Of a DNA stretch of 64,000 bases, positions 38,264 through 48,191 are shown in pieces. Position numbers and translations under genes: made by a program. The notes beneath the pieces were generated by a model. It was not told the origin of the DNA. It saw nothing but the letters and a program-made list of their open reading frames with translations, and searched no databases. The first letter of the stretch is position 1. The number at the start of each line of letters is the position of its first letter. Source of the stretch: Spirochaetia bacterium (GTDB lineage: Bacteria > Spirochaetota > Spirochaetia > UBA9216); the NCBI GenBank assembly GCA_963675665.1, contig OY776510.1, forward strand, positions 1,952,001 to 2,016,000, written 5' to 3'.

Positions 38264-39544
38264 ATGGGATTTGTGGGAATTTTTATAGGTTTTGGAATTC
38301 TATTACTTGGCGTCTGGAAAAAATATAATCTTATACTCGTTACACTTTTAACAACCTTAGTAATAGGATTGACAAACGGAATGGGTGTAATGGAAGTCTG
38401 GCAGGGTCCGTTCATCCAGGGGTTTACCGGTTTCGCTGCACCTTTTATGCTTCTTTTTTGTTTCGGGGCTTTGTTTGGAAAGCTTATGGAAAAGAGCGGA
38501 GCGACAGAGAAGATTGGACTAAGCATGCTGGGGATTTTCGGTGAAAAATTTACAATCTTTGCTTATATGCTGGCAACTGCCTTATTGACATACGGCGGAG
38601 TGAGCGGTTTTGTTATTGTTTTTGTTATGCTTCCTCTGGCGAAAGTCCTGTTTAATAAGGGAAAAATACCCTGGTACCTTTTTCCTGCAGTTACCTATGC
38701 GGCAATGCTGCCGGCAATTGGTATAATGCCCGGGAGCCTTCAGATTCAGAATATGATACCTACGAAATATTTGGGAACAACATTAACATCCGCCCCTGTG
38801 CTGGGAATAATATTATCTTTGATTTATCTTGCAATGATCTTGCCTTATCTGTGGTGGAGAGTTAAGAAAGGCAGAAAAGATCAGTCTTCGATGGATTATG
38901 CTGTTACTGCAAACGGCAAGGCTTTAGAGCTGACTGATGATAAGAATCTGCCGGGATTTATTATTTCGATAATACCGATTGTCATTGCTCTGGTTTCTAT
39001 AAATATAATAAAAATTAATATTGTATATGGTTTAATCCTTGCCTGTATATCCTGTATTGTTTTATTTTGGAAGAGGTATGAAAATCTTCTGGATGCTCTT
39101 AATTCAGGAATCAGCAATGGAATAATGCCTACTGTATTAGTTGGTGTTGTTGTTGGTGTAGCGAAGGTTGTTGCTTCAACATCTGCCTTTTCACTTTTTA
39201 AAACCTGGCTGCTTGAGATTCCAGTCAGCGGTTTTATGAAGTTATTTGTAGTGACTAATTCTGTAGCATTCATTACTGGTTCAGGAACAGGGGCAATATC
39301 TACAACACTTGAGATCTTTGCAAAGCATTTTATTGATTTAGGTTTAAATCCGGGTATTATCCATAAGATTGTTATAATGTCCGCCTGCGGTTTTGATTCA
39401 ATGCCGTGGAACAGCTTTATAGTATTATTAATTGCCATGTCGGGTGTCAGTTACAAAACAAGTTATAAATATATCTTTATGACAACCGTTGTTTTTACAC
39501 TTGTTACCGGTTTAATCGGTGTACTGATGGCAAGTCTGATCTAA
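38264..39544 (+). CDS. GntP/IT-superfamily permease
   Basis: Many hydrophobic segments; 'FGALFGKLMEKSGA', 'LTYGGVSGFV', 'PGSLQIQN', 'TGSGTG', 'DSMPWN'. ATG 38264 after AGGAG. Confidence 0.82.
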   Translation: MGFVGIFIGFGILLLGVWKKYNLILVTLLTTLVIGLTNGMGVMEVWQGPFIQGFTGFAAPFMLLFCFGALFGKLMEKSGATEKIGLSMLGIFGEKFTIFAYMLATALLTYGGVSGFVIVFVMLPLAKVLFNKGKIPWYLFPAVTYAAMLPAIGIMPGSLQIQNMIPTKYLGTTLTSAPVLGIILSLIYLAMILPYLWWRVKKGRKDQSSMDYAVTANGKALELTDDKNLPGFIISIIPIVIALVSINIIKINIVYGLILACISCIVLFWKRYENLLDALNSGISNGIMPTVLVGVVVGVAKVVASTSAFSLFKTWLLEIPVSGFMKLFVVTNSVAFITGSGTGAISTTLEIFAKHFIDLGLNPGIIHKIVIMSACGFDSMPWNSFIVLLIAMSGVSYKTSYKYIFMTTVVFTLVTGLIGVLMASLI

Positions 39545-39557
39545 AAGGAGTTATCGA

Positions 39558-40169
39558 ATGAGTCAATTTATAATAGACAAGATAAAGAGATGCAAAGGTT
39601 TCTTCGAGGTTGATTATGGAACAGATAAAGCTGAAGAGATTGTAAACAGGGCCCTGGAGATATTTGAAATTGAAAAAGTGAAGATGCCTTTGCTTAAGAG
39701 CAAAAGTAATCAGGGTTTTATGGCATTCATGGATTTCATGGTTTTCATTTATAAAGCTTTACTGGAAAAAGAAGAAAAAGAAAAAGCCCTGGAACTTTGT
39801 AAGGATTGTATTAATTATTCAATCGATATTGATTTTCTGGATGAAAACATGAAAAAGGCATGGAAGGATCATGATTTAATTCGTGCTAAACGAAAGCAGA
39901 TAATAGATGATGTAAATCAGGCAGATGAAAAATTCGGCTGGATTTATAAAAACGCAAAGTATGATGAAGGCATACTGTATAGTTTCGATATCACCCGCTG
40001 CGGAATGTATGACTTATGTCGATTGTTTGAAGTTGAAGAATTAATGCCGTCAATTTGTCAGGCTGATTTCTATATGGTGAAATTTCTTCCTGACGGATGT
40101 GTCTTTCACAGAAATGCCACTCTTGCTGATGGCGCTGACTGCTGTGATTTTCTTTATACCTATGAATAA
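39558..40169 (+). CDS. L-2-amino-thiazoline-4-carboxylic acid hydrolase-family protein
   Basis: 'FDITRC.MY...C', 'ICQAD', 'RNATLADGADCCDF' signature. Confidence 0.72.
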   Translation: MSQFIIDKIKRCKGFFEVDYGTDKAEEIVNRALEIFEIEKVKMPLLKSKSNQGFMAFMDFMVFIYKALLEKEEKEKALELCKDCINYSIDIDFLDENMKKAWKDHDLIRAKRKQIIDDVNQADEKFGWIYKNAKYDEGILYSFDITRCGMYDLCRLFEVEELMPSICQADFYMVKFLPDGCVFHRNATLADGADCCDFLYTYE

Positions 40170-40285
40170 AATTTACTGAATATAAAAATAATATACTGAA
40201 AATGCCCGGAGATGCGGGAATACCTCTCCGGGTAAGTTAAGACAAACAAGATAACAACAGCCCAATACGCGAAAAGGAGAATTAG

Positions 40286-41875
40286 ATGTGTGATCTGCTG
40301 CTTAAGAATGCAAAGATTCTCACGGGAAATCTGGAGCCTGTATATTCCGGAGACATAGGAATTAAAAACGGCAATATTGATAAACTGGGAAAAGTAACCC
40401 CCGGTGAGAATACAAGAATTATTAATTGTGAGAACAAATATGTGTCTCCGGGGTTTATAGACAGTCATGCTCATGAGGATCTTGTATACGGTGATAAACT
40501 GCCGGAACTGGGCAAAATATCCCAGGGAATAACAACAGTATTCACAGGAATGTGCGGTTTAAGTTTATACCCGACAAACAAGAAAACGTCACAGGAACTC
40601 CGAAGCAGAATCCTGTCATTCGGCAAGGACGTGCCTATGGAAAATTTAAACCGGAATTATTCTTATAAAAGCTACATAGAGCAGCTTGGAAAAGGAAAAT
40701 CAAGAATTAACTATAAAATGCTTATCGGACATGGGACACTCAGGACTGCTGTAATGGGAGAGAGTAACCGGGCTCCGTCTTCGGTTGAGATGGAGGCTAT
40801 GAAGAAGCTGCTGCGTGAAGCCATGGAAGAAGGGGTTCCGGGGCTGTCAGCCGGTTTGGTTTATCCTCCGGGAAGTTTTTCCACTGAGGCTGAAATAACT
40901 GAATTATTGAAGGTTGTTGCTGAATACAACGGTTTTTATTCTGTTCATTTAAGAAATGAATCGGACGGTGTTGTAGAAGCAGTAGAAGAAGCGATAAGAT
41001 CTGCCGGAAATGCGGAGGTTCCGCTTTGGATATCTCACCATAAGATTGCAGGAATGCAGAATTGGAAAAAATCAGATGAAACCCTTAAGATAATAAAGGA
41101 AAATATTGAGAAGGGGATGAAGATTACTCTAGATATTTATCCGTATGAAGCAGCATCAACACTGCTTACGGTTGTTCTTCCCCCTGAATTTCTGAATGAG
41201 GGGACACCTGCTGCCGTTGCAAAACTGAAAGATAAAAATCAAAGGGCAATTGTAAAAGAGGAAATTATTAACCCCTCATATGTCTGGGATAATTTTTATA
41301 AAAATTGCGGGGGCTTTTCCGGGATATTTATAATTGATTCTCCTTATAACGAGGAGGCGAAGAATATGACAATAGCTGATTATGCTGAAAAGACAGGAAA
41401 AGATGAATTTGAAACCTTCTTTGATTTATTAGTAGAGAATGAAGGGAATGTAATGGCCGTATATTTTATGATGAATGAATATGATATTAAAAAAGTGCTT
41501 ACTTTTCCCGAGACAGTAATAGGTTCCGACGGGGCAAGTTTTAATCCTGCTTCATCAGCGCATCCGAGAGGATATGGTACCTTCCCTAAAGTGATAAGAA
41601 AGTATGTATTGGATGAGCAATTATTTTCCTTAAATGAAGCAGTTTATAAAATGACAGGATTACCTGCAAAAAAATTAAACCTTGATAAAAAAGGATTAAT
41701 TAAGACCGGCTGCGATGCTGATCTGGTTGTTTTTGATTTAGCCGAATTGAAAGATAATGCAACGTATGAGAATCCGTATGAGTTAAGCGACGGTATCGAG
41801 TACGTTATAGTTGACGGAAAAATTGCATACAGGAACAAAGAGCTTACGGATGTTTTTGCAGGAAAACTTATCTGA
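40286..41875 (+). CDS. N-acyl-D-amino acid deacylase (D-aminoacylase family)
   Basis: 'PGFIDSHAH.D', 'QGITT..GMCG', 'GLVYPPG', 'HLRNE', 'SHHK', 'GSDG', 'HPRGYGTFP'. Confidence 0.9.
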   Translation: MCDLLLKNAKILTGNLEPVYSGDIGIKNGNIDKLGKVTPGENTRIINCENKYVSPGFIDSHAHEDLVYGDKLPELGKISQGITTVFTGMCGLSLYPTNKKTSQELRSRILSFGKDVPMENLNRNYSYKSYIEQLGKGKSRINYKMLIGHGTLRTAVMGESNRAPSSVEMEAMKKLLREAMEEGVPGLSAGLVYPPGSFSTEAEITELLKVVAEYNGFYSVHLRNESDGVVEAVEEAIRSAGNAEVPLWISHHKIAGMQNWKKSDETLKIIKENIEKGMKITLDIYPYEAASTLLTVVLPPEFLNEGTPAAVAKLKDKNQRAIVKEEIINPSYVWDNFYKNCGGFSGIFIIDSPYNEEAKNMTIADYAEKTGKDEFETFFDLLVENEGNVMAVYFMMNEYDIKKVLTFPETVIGSDGASFNPASSAHPRGYGTFPKVIRKYVLDEQLFSLNEAVYKMTGLPAKKLNLDKKGLIKTGCDADLVVFDLAELKDNATYENPYELSDGIEYVIVDGKIAYRNKELTDVFAGKLI

Positions 41876-41907
41876 AGCGGCTGTTATGAAAGGAGATTCT
41901 GATCTTA

Positions 41908-42978
41908 ATGAAGAAAGATGAAGTAAAAAGATTTAATCTGGGATTGGAAAAGACGCCCATCCAGCGGCTTGAAAATGTAAACCGGGATTTAGGCGTAAAC
42001 CTGTACATTAAAAGAGACGATCTGAACGGCCTGGGAGCCGGCGGAAACAAGCTCAGAAAGCTGAATTATCTTGCCAAAGATGCTGTTCAAAGCGGCTGCA
42101 ATGTATTACTGACTTTCGGCGGCGTGCAGACAAACCACGGCAGAATGACGGCTGCGGTTGCTGCCAGGCTGGGTCTTAAAAGCTGTATAATTTTAAACGG
42201 CCCTCCCCCTGAAAAAGCTACCGGCAACCTTATTTTAGACAAAATGTTGAATTCAGAATTGGTATTTATGGATAATTCAGAATTTAAGAATGCTCCGGAT
42301 GCAGAAGAAAAAATGAATGTCCTTCGTGAAAAAACACTGAAGTCAGTAATAAAAAGCTATGAAGAAAATGGCGACAAGGTATATATAATTCCTCTCGGCG
42401 GCAGTAATCCGTTAGGCGCATTAGGTTATGTTGATGCTGTTGATGAAATTGAAACGCAGCTGTCTGAAATGCATTTAGACCTTGATTATATGATAACCGC
42501 TTATGGTTCCATCGGTACATACGCGGGGCTTATTGTCGGAAGCAGGATGAGGAACCATAATTATAAATTGATAGGTATGAATGTGCTGCATGATTTTATC
42601 AGCCATCCGGAACTGCTAAATGAACATCTGGATTATATCAACGATATCAGCCGTATGTATGATTTAGGCGTAACCATAACGTCTGAGGATCTGTGGATAG
42701 AAAAAGAAACAATACGCAGCGGTTATAATATTCCTGATCCGCTAACCCAGGAGAGGGTGATGTATCTTGCAGCCCGGGAAGCAATTTTTCTCGACTACTG
42801 TTACACAGGCAAAGCCTTCAGCGGGCTGGTTGATCTGGTTAATCAGAAAAAAATCCCGCGGGGTTCAAATATTCTGTTCATGCATACCGGGGGGCTTCCG
42901 GGGATATTCTCTGATATTCACGAAGACGCCATGCAGGAAAAACTTTGGTCGGGTAATCAGAAAGTTTTTACGCTATAA
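41908..42978 (+). CDS. D-cysteine desulfhydrase/ACC deaminase family PLP enzyme
   Basis: 'KRDDL...GGNKLRKL', 'GGVQTNH', 'GGSN', 'YTGKA', 'HTGG'. Confidence 0.88.
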   Translation: MKKDEVKRFNLGLEKTPIQRLENVNRDLGVNLYIKRDDLNGLGAGGNKLRKLNYLAKDAVQSGCNVLLTFGGVQTNHGRMTAAVAARLGLKSCIILNGPPPEKATGNLILDKMLNSELVFMDNSEFKNAPDAEEKMNVLREKTLKSVIKSYEENGDKVYIIPLGGSNPLGALGYVDAVDEIETQLSEMHLDLDYMITAYGSIGTYAGLIVGSRMRNHNYKLIGMNVLHDFISHPELLNEHLDYINDISRMYDLGVTITSEDLWIEKETIRSGYNIPDPLTQERVMYLAAREAIFLDYCYTGKAFSGLVDLVNQKKIPRGSNILFMHTGGLPGIFSDIHEDAMQEKLWSGNQKVFTL

Positions 42979-42995
42979 ACAAAGGAGTCAATATT

Positions 42996-43379
42996 ATGGG
43001 TAAAAAAATTATTAATACAGAAAATGCGCCGAAAGCAATCGGGCCATATTCCCAGGCAGTCATTTCAGGCAATTTAATTTTTATTTCCGGACAACTTCCA
43101 ATAAACCCTGATTCTAATGAAATGGCGGAAGCCGACTACGCAGAACAGACAAAGCAGTGTATGAAAAATATTATCGGGATTCTGAGAGAACAAAAATTGG
43201 GTGTCGGGAATATATTAAAAACTACAATCTTTATGAAAGACTTATCTGCTTTTCAGAAAGTAAACGAAGCATATGCAGGGTTTTTTGATAAAGATTTTCC
43301 AGGACGGGCATGTGTAGAAATCAGCAGACTTCCTAAAGATGCATTGGTTGAAATCGAGGCCGTCGCAGCGATTTTCTAG
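42996..43379 (+). CDS. ridA: RidA family enamine/imine deaminase
   Basis: 'APKAIGPYSQA', 'SGQLP', 'PGRACVE', 'LVEIE'. Confidence 0.9.
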   Translation: MGKKIINTENAPKAIGPYSQAVISGNLIFISGQLPINPDSNEMAEADYAEQTKQCMKNIIGILREQKLGVGNILKTTIFMKDLSAFQKVNEAYAGFFDKDFPGRACVEISRLPKDALVEIEAVAAIF

Positions 43380-43397
43380 AGTATGAATGTTTTTTAT

Positions 43398-43428
43398 GTT
43401 GCCTGATTTATATAGTTTCAGGCAGCAT
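43398..43428. terminator. Hairpin between convergent genes
   Basis: tgttgcctga ... tcaggcagca. Confidence 0.5.
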
Positions 43429-43445
43429 TATTCGAAATGATAGGC

Positions 43446-44657
43446 TTACAACCGGGTGAAACCGCCGATATACCTCTTTAAAAAAGGCACATCCTTATTT
43501 ATTCCCGGGCCGTAAAGCTTGAAGATTATGAGCTCCTCTTTTCCTTCATTCCTGATGACTAATTCGCTTGCCGCTTTTTCATGCACTACAAGAAGCTCAT
43601 CGTTTCCGACGTCTTTTCCTGTGAATGGAACTCCGTCGATACTGCCGCTTCCTTTCCAGACAAAAAAGGTGTATATGCCTTTGTCCCTTGATTTGTATGT
43701 TTTTCCGGGGTATACGGTCAGTTTTTTTGCGCTGAATTTATGCGTGTTGTAACTAATCCATTCTTCAAAACCGCCGGTTTGGACGCTGCCCTGAATTTTT
43801 ATCGGAGTAAGGTGACGGTTCTCGTAAAAGTAGGGGTCTCCGTTAAGTTCCCAGTCGGCAAGATCAAGCGCCGAGGCTTCATGTTTTGAATTCCAGCGAT
43901 CATCCGGAATGTCTTTATGAAGCAATGATTTATCAATCCTGATATCTCCTATTTTGGCCTGGAGAACCGAAAAAACGTCCGAAGGTTCCTGCAACTCAAG
44001 CGTCAGCGCGGTGCCCGGAGCATGCAGTCCCCCCGCGGGAAGATGAAACCCCTCTCCCGGAACATTCATGTACGCCTTTGAGTGTTTCAGTATTAAATCG
44101 CTGTTCCAGTCCTCGAGATACGGCAGCAGGGTTTCATACTGAATATTCTGCTCTACAAGGCAGGGGTGGACCCCGAAAAAGGTTTCCGGATACGTCCCAG
44201 TCGGAGCGTCCTCCAGAAAATAGTATGTTTCTTCCTTGGGTTTCTTGCCGACGAGGGCGGCGTCCTTCTCCATCAGGTGGATATGGTAGTAAAGCCTGCA
44301 TTTAAAGTCGAAAACCTTCGCAAGAAGCCCTATGCAGTTTGTTTTTTCTGCGCGTTCCTTTCCCAGAAACATTTCTCCGGAGAGGTTAACGGCCTCTTTG
44401 AGGGTTATATTTTCTCCGTCGATGTCCAGATACGACAGCCCCTCGTCGGGAGGGCCAAGCGGCGTGTCGGCTGTTGTTTCCGAAGCAAGACAGCGCGCAA
44501 TAATTTCGCCCCGTTCTCCCTTGTTGTACTCCTCTTCCGGCAGGCCCAGTCTGCGTCCCGACGGAAGCCCTTTTCTGGCTATAAATGCGGGTCTTAACCG
44601 CAGAATTCCGTTCTGATTTTCTATAAACTTTTCAACTGTTTCTCGCCTCTTGATCAT
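43446..44657 (-). CDS. Cupin-fold protein resembling type I phosphomannose isomerase (putative sugar isomerase)
   Basis: Metal-ligand pattern 'HIH...KEETYYF...FHLPAGGLHAPG...LELQEPSD'; ATG at 44657. Confidence 0.62.
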   Translation of the reverse strand: MIKRRETVEKFIENQNGILRLRPAFIARKGLPSGRRLGLPEEEYNKGERGEIIARCLASETTADTPLGPPDEGLSYLDIDGENITLKEAVNLSGEMFLGKERAEKTNCIGLLAKVFDFKCRLYYHIHLMEKDAALVGKKPKEETYYFLEDAPTGTYPETFFGVHPCLVEQNIQYETLLPYLEDWNSDLILKHSKAYMNVPGEGFHLPAGGLHAPGTALTLELQEPSDVFSVLQAKIGDIRIDKSLLHKDIPDDRWNSKHEASALDLADWELNGDPYFYENRHLTPIKIQGSVQTGGFEEWISYNTHKFSAKKLTVYPGKTYKSRDKGIYTFFVWKGSGSIDGVPFTGKDVGNDELLVVHEKAASELVIRNEGKEELIIFKLYGPGINKDVPFLKRYIGGFTRL

Positions 44658-44692
44658 TTGTGCATTGTACACGATGTACAATTAGCTGTCAA
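44658..44692 (-). promoter_or_regulatory. sigma70 promoter (leaderless) overlapped by a putative GntR operator
   Basis: TTGACA (44692-44687), 17 nt, TACAAT (44669-44664), 6 nt, ATG. Confidence 0.68.
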
Positions 44693-44708
44693 ACGGATGT
44701 TAAAAAAA

Positions 44709-44737
44709 TTGCCGGGTATTCTTTTGCGTGATATAAT
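44709..44737 (+). promoter_or_regulatory. sigma70 promoter of the YesM/YesN/SBP operon
   Basis: TTGCCG-17-TATAAT. Confidence 0.55.
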
Positions 44738-44797
44738 ATGTAAACCTTAAAACATCAGCGGGGGTCACAAATTAAAGCTAATTCGTTTCAGGGCTCA

Positions 44798-46579
44798 TTG
44801 CGTACCAGGCTTCTTGTCACTTTGATTCTCATATCAGTGCTTCCTTCCAGCTTTATTGGGGTAGTGGCGTTCAAGATATCTTCTAAAGTTTTAAATGATA
44901 TGGCTATCGAATCCAGTACTGAATTAATAGACAGGATCGGCGGTGAACTGGACAGCCTTTTTTTTGAAGCCTATAAACTGTCGGTAATTATATCGGACAA
45001 TCTCAAGATTCAGACAGTACTAAGGAAGGACTTTGCCGACAATTCAGAGAAGTATGCAATTGATCTTGAGGCAAGTACCGAGCTTTATTTTATCAAGGAT
45101 TATAAAAAGGAAATCTTTGGTCTTTATGTAATAGGCGAAAACGGAGGACGATACCGTTCAAATTTCTATACTTTCAAGGAAGTTAATTTTCAGACCAAAC
45201 GCTGGTATCAGGATATTATAGAGTCGGATTCCCCGGTCTGGACCGGTCCGAATAAAGGTTCAAAAGTTGTTGTTACAACCGGCGATGAGGTGTTTGAACT
45301 GGGCATTCCGATCATTGACAAGGCTTCAGGCAACAAAATGGGGATTGTTCTGTCTGAAATTACGGAAAAGAAGATTCGGAGTATAATAAATGCCAGGCTC
45401 GGTAAAACCGGTTTTATTGTTGTTCTTAATGAAGACAATGAAATAATATCAGGAAAAGAGAACGCTGAAGACCTGACGGAATTGGAGCTAAGTTCTTTTC
45501 AGAAGATTAAAGCGGCAAGCTATGAGGAGCTTGATACCGTAATAAGGGGTGTCGGCACTTTTTTAAATGATTCGGCTGTCGATGTGATAAGCGATTTGCC
45601 GCTTGTAATTGTAAAATCATTTCCTATCAATGGCTGGAAGGTTGTAGGCTTTATTCCCAGAGAAGAATTAACTAAAAACTCCAAACGAATAGGAATCATA
45701 GTAGCAATACTGATTCTGCTTTTATCAGTACTCTCGGTTCTGCTTTCATGGTATTTTTCGGGGCAGATAGTAAAACCTATCAGATCGCTTATAGGACTCA
45801 TGGGCCGGGTTGAAGACGGAGATCTTGATGTTAATATGAAACTGACCCGCGATGATGAAATAGGCCATCTCGGCAACAGTTTTAACATGATGATAAAAAG
45901 AATAAAAGCGCTGATGCAGCAGATATACGATGAGCATAAAAAGCTTGAAAAGGCCAAGTATAAAACCTTGCAGGCGCAGATAAATCCTCATTTCCTGTAT
46001 AATACTCTTGATTCGGTAATATGGCTGGCAAGGGCCCGGTCATATAACAAGATTGTTACAATGACTACAGCGCTGACTAAGTTTTTCAGAATAGGTTTAA
46101 GCCGGGGAAAGGATCTGATTACAATACAGGAAGAATTTGCCCATGTTGAAAATTACCTGATTATTCAGAGTATCAGGTATGAAGACAAATTTAATTACAG
46201 TATAGATTACGATGAAGATATTGCGCAGCTTAAGATTATCAAGATTGTGCTTCAACCCCTTGTCGAGAACGCAATATATCATGGCGTTAAAATGAAGCGG
46301 GGGGGTGGTGAAATCAGGATCTCCGGAAAAAGAACGGGTGATGACGTCCGAATCGTGATTACCGACACCGGTGCAGGTATGTCGTCTGAACAGTTGAATG
46401 CTCTTAACAACACGCTGAACAGAACAGGCAGTGATAAACTTGACAGTTACGGCGTAATTAATGTAAATGAGCGTATCAGAATCTTTTTCGGTGACAAATA
46501 CGGGTTGACATATAAGAGTATTGCAGGAGAAGGAACGGAAGTTACAATGAACATTCCGGCTGTGACAGATTATGAATGA
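44798..46579 (+). CDS. YesM/LytS-type membrane sensor histidine kinase (Cache-HAMP-His_kinase)
   Basis: Two TM segments, HAMP 'DEIGHLGNSFNMM', 'LQAQINPHFLYNTL', 'LQPLVENAIYHG', 'DTGAG'. Confidence 0.9.
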   Translation: MRTRLLVTLILISVLPSSFIGVVAFKISSKVLNDMAIESSTELIDRIGGELDSLFFEAYKLSVIISDNLKIQTVLRKDFADNSEKYAIDLEASTELYFIKDYKKEIFGLYVIGENGGRYRSNFYTFKEVNFQTKRWYQDIIESDSPVWTGPNKGSKVVVTTGDEVFELGIPIIDKASGNKMGIVLSEITEKKIRSIINARLGKTGFIVVLNEDNEIISGKENAEDLTELELSSFQKIKAASYEELDTVIRGVGTFLNDSAVDVISDLPLVIVKSFPINGWKVVGFIPREELTKNSKRIGIIVAILILLLSVLSVLLSWYFSGQIVKPIRSLIGLMGRVEDGDLDVNMKLTRDDEIGHLGNSFNMMIKRIKALMQQIYDEHKKLEKAKYKTLQAQINPHFLYNTLDSVIWLARARSYNKIVTMTTALTKFFRIGLSRGKDLITIQEEFAHVENYLIIQSIRYEDKFNYSIDYDEDIAQLKIIKIVLQPLVENAIYHGVKMKRGGGEIRISGKRTGDDVRIVITDTGAGMSSEQLNALNNTLNRTGSDKLDSYGVINVNERIRIFFGDKYGLTYKSIAGEGTEVTMNIPAVTDYE

Positions 46580-48191
46580 GATGTTGAAGGTCCTTATTGT
46601 TGATGATGAGAAAATCATCCGTGAAGGTATGGTTTCCGGTATAGAATGGGAAAGTCTGGGGTTTAAAGTGTCCGGGCAGGCCGAAGACGGAGAGACAGCA
46701 ATAGAAATAATAGACGCAATAAAACCCGATCTTGTAATCACGGATATCAAGATGCCGTTTATAGACGGATTGCAGCTGGTTGAAATACTTAAAGATAAAC
46801 ACCCGGGTATTCTGACTGTGATAATCAGCGGTCATGACGAATTTGAATATGCCCAGAAAGCAGTCAAACTGGGAGCTTATGACTATCTGCTGAAACCCCT
46901 TGATCTGCAATATCTGTGTCAAATGCTGATCGATATAAAAGAATATATTTTCCAGCACAGGGAAATGAAGAGCGACAGTGAGGAATTACGTCTTTTAAAA
47001 ATATTCAGGAAGATCTGGGGGTCATATCAGATTCCGGAGCAGGACAGTAGCTACCTCGAAAAATTGTGGAACAGCAAATTGCAGGATTTGATCTACTGTG
47101 CTGCCGTACTTTCGGTTGACAAGGTCGGTTGTAACCCTCCCAGTGAAAAAGAAACTGAACATCAGCTGCTCGATTATTTTATCAGGGAGCTGATTCAGAA
47201 TACCGATGTTGATTTTTACATTGAGAAATCGGTCCTGTATCTTGAAGACGGAAAATACGGAATGATCCTGGTAGGCAGGGATTTTGAGAGCATGAAAAAA
47301 GATACGGAGGTTTTTGTCGAAAAGATTGAGGATTCTTTTAAAACCATGCTTGGAGTGCAGACTTTTATATCCGTAAGCGGAATTCACAAAGGTGTTAACG
47401 GTCTTGGTGTAGCAGTTAAGGAAGCCGGAAAAGCTTTTGAGTTTCGGTATATCGCAGGGGCCAAGAAGATTGTTTCATTCAATAACATCAAAAATCAAAG
47501 CGGCCTGGAGAATTCTTATTATGATATTTCGGGAATTCTGACGTCAGTTAAATTCGGAGATAAAATCCTTCTTTCGGAAGAATTGAGAATGGTGCTTAAA
47601 GCAGCGGTAGCCAGAAGAGAGAATGCAAAAGGTTTTATAGATTTTATCTGTGCGGGACTGTTGAGTGTAGCAGTTGATATTATTCAGGAATACGGAGGCA
47701 GTATTGAGGATATCTTTGATGATCCGGTATTTGAATTCAACAGACTGTCGTCCATGACTTCTCTTGATATTGCAATTGAACAGCTTAACCAGCTTCTGAA
47801 CAGAATTATCGATTACCTGGATAAAATAAGAAAAACAGGCATAACAGGAAAGGTTGAAGACGCCAGAAAATATATAGATGCCGAATACGCCAATAAACAG
47901 ATATCATTGCAGTTGGTAGCGGATTATGTTCATATTAATCTTTGTTACCTGAGTGAACTGTTTAAAAAGCAGACGGGACAGTCCTATATTGAATATCTTA
48001 CCGGACGACGGATTGGGAAAGCGGAGGAACTTCTTGCCTGTACAGACTTTAAAAGTTATGAAATTGCCGATATGATCGGATATGAAAATGCAACCTATTT
48101 CAGTACAACATTTAAAAAGATGACCGGCGTATCGCCGATGGATTACAGAAGAAACGCAAAAAGGACTGTTGAAAATGAACTTCAGGATTAA
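46572..48191 (+). CDS. YesN-type response regulator (REC + AraC HTH)
   Basis: 'VLIVDDE', 'TDIKMP', 'YLLKP', C-terminal 'YLSELFKK...YFSTTFKKMTGVSP'. Confidence 0.92.
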   Translation: MNEMLKVLIVDDEKIIREGMVSGIEWESLGFKVSGQAEDGETAIEIIDAIKPDLVITDIKMPFIDGLQLVEILKDKHPGILTVIISGHDEFEYAQKAVKLGAYDYLLKPLDLQYLCQMLIDIKEYIFQHREMKSDSEELRLLKIFRKIWGSYQIPEQDSSYLEKLWNSKLQDLIYCAAVLSVDKVGCNPPSEKETEHQLLDYFIRELIQNTDVDFYIEKSVLYLEDGKYGMILVGRDFESMKKDTEVFVEKIEDSFKTMLGVQTFISVSGIHKGVNGLGVAVKEAGKAFEFRYIAGAKKIVSFNNIKNQSGLENSYYDISGILTSVKFGDKILLSEELRMVLKAAVARRENAKGFIDFICAGLLSVAVDIIQEYGGSIEDIFDDPVFEFNRLSSMTSLDIAIEQLNQLLNRIIDYLDKIRKTGITGKVEDARKYIDAEYANKQISLQLVADYVHINLCYLSELFKKQTGQSYIEYLTGRRIGKAEELLACTDFKSYEIADMIGYENATYFSTTFKKMTGVSPMDYRRNAKRTVENELQD

